Assembly: GCA_025594325.1 (NCBI GenBank) | Contig: JANHCV010000004.1 | Span: forward strand, 1,240,001-1,304,000 | DNA from: Blastocladiella emersonii ATCC 22665 | Taxonomy: Eukaryota; Fungi; Blastocladiomycota | Direction: 5' to 3' | Length of the DNA: 64,000 bases | Shown here: positions 62,982 to 64,000 of the stretch, piece after piece | Numbering within the stretch: position 1 is the first letter of the stretch | Layout of the letters: every line of letters begins with the position of its first letter | Translations under genes and position numbers: made by a program | The notes under the pieces: model-generated | The model's input: the letters and a program-made list of their open reading frames with translations, nothing else | Database searches by the model: none | What the model was told of the DNA's origin: nothing

Positions 62982-64000
62982 TCATGGGATCCGAGACTTG
63001 ACGAGCGTGTACCGGTCGATCGTGGACAGCTTGTCGACCTTGGGCGCGTCGCCGCCGCCGCCCGTCTCCTTGCCTGCGGCGGACTTGCTGCTGCTGCCGT
63101 GGTCGCGCTTCTTGGCCCCGAGCTCGGGGATCGGCTGTACGACCTCGCCGGCCGCGATCCACTCCTGCTGCTGCGCGAGGCACTGGTCGAGCAGCGTCAT
63201 GCCGATGACGAGCTTGAACGAGAGGAGGCTACACAAATCGAGGTGAGCATCACATACGTCGCGGACGAGTGAGATCGCGGGGAACGCACAGCAAGTACGC
63301 AACGACCGCCGCGAGCGCGAGTACACCAAACTGGTCGACGACCGCGAGCCCCGCGACCGTGGCCCTCTCGCCACGGTCCACGACCCACGCGGGGACCTCG
63401 CGAACCACGGCCTGCGTCGCCGCCGCGCCCCACTCGGTCTCGACGAGCACGCGGCGGACGGCCGCGACACACGTCCCGGGGCTCAGGCGCAGCGCGGGCG
63501 GCGGGTCGGACCACGCAAAGTTCCACGTCACGCCCGCGGCCTCGGCAATGTCGAGCCACATGCGCACCGCGACCACGGCCAGCGGAAGCGCGCCGAACCC
63601 GATGCGACGCGATACGTACGGGACCATGTCCTGCGACAGTGCGTATGATGACGACACAGCGGCGCGGGCAGGAGAGGCAGCGGCTGGTTGCGGTTGCGCA
63701 GGCGGGATGGACTCGGCCGACCCGCGCGTCGAGGACGAAGTCGAAGCGAGCGTGTCGACGCTGAGCCACGCGTGCTTCGCCAACGCCGACGCGGGGACAG
63801 CCGCGGGCGCCGAGTTTGGGATCGGCCGGTTGAGCGCGGCCGCTGCCGCCGCCGGGAAATCGAGCGTGAGCGGCGGAACCGGCGGCGGCGGTGTCTCCGT
63901 GTGCCCGTCGCGATGGTGTTCGACGACCGTGTCGAGCGTCGACGACGCGCGGCGCGACCGCAGCGCGGGCATCCCGAGCGTAGGCGTCGTGGACGCGGCG
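62982..64000 (-). CDS. TAPT1/Emp65-family membrane protein, 3' part only
   Basis: VSRRIGFGALPLAVVAVR, LLSFKLVIGMTL and terminal LSTIDRYTLVKSRIP, matching the TAPT1/EMP65 C-terminus; the 5' end lies beyond the right edge. Confidence 0.8.

Overview
Gene-dense, very GC-rich eukaryotic DNA with many short (about 45-90 nt) GT-AG introns whose donors are mostly GTACG. The gene content (Zn2Cys6 factor, WC-2-like PAS-GATA factor, Crz1-like zinc finger, HET-C2/GLTP, and a Fuzzy-like longin protein) points to an early-diverging, probably zoosporic fungus. Blastocladiomycota-like is my inference, not a database result. About 28 protein-coding genes can be reconstructed by hand, mostly housekeeping (PAB1, RPLP0, NOP56, MRE11, BUD13, kynureninase, GalE, DES1, Mn-CDF, APC permease and others). 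I saw no rRNA, tRNA or CRISPR array. The standout is a compositionally distinct locus at about 18.7-22.2 kb. It encodes an intron-containing Fanzor1/TnpB-family protein of about 1083 aa (WED 'F-x-G-x-F-x-TDG' motif, rearranged RuvC-II Glu, CxxC..CxxC zinc finger, RuvC-III 'RDVN'). Its best RuvC-I candidate reads LPG instead of DPG and it carries a large insertion after RuvC-I. No transposase or terminal inverted repeats are visible nearby, and an omega-RNA-like structured segment plus a candidate guide follows the stop codon. The locus is a candidate domesticated, possibly nuclease-dead, RNA-guided DNA-binding system. All family calls come from motif recognition by eye; no searches were run.
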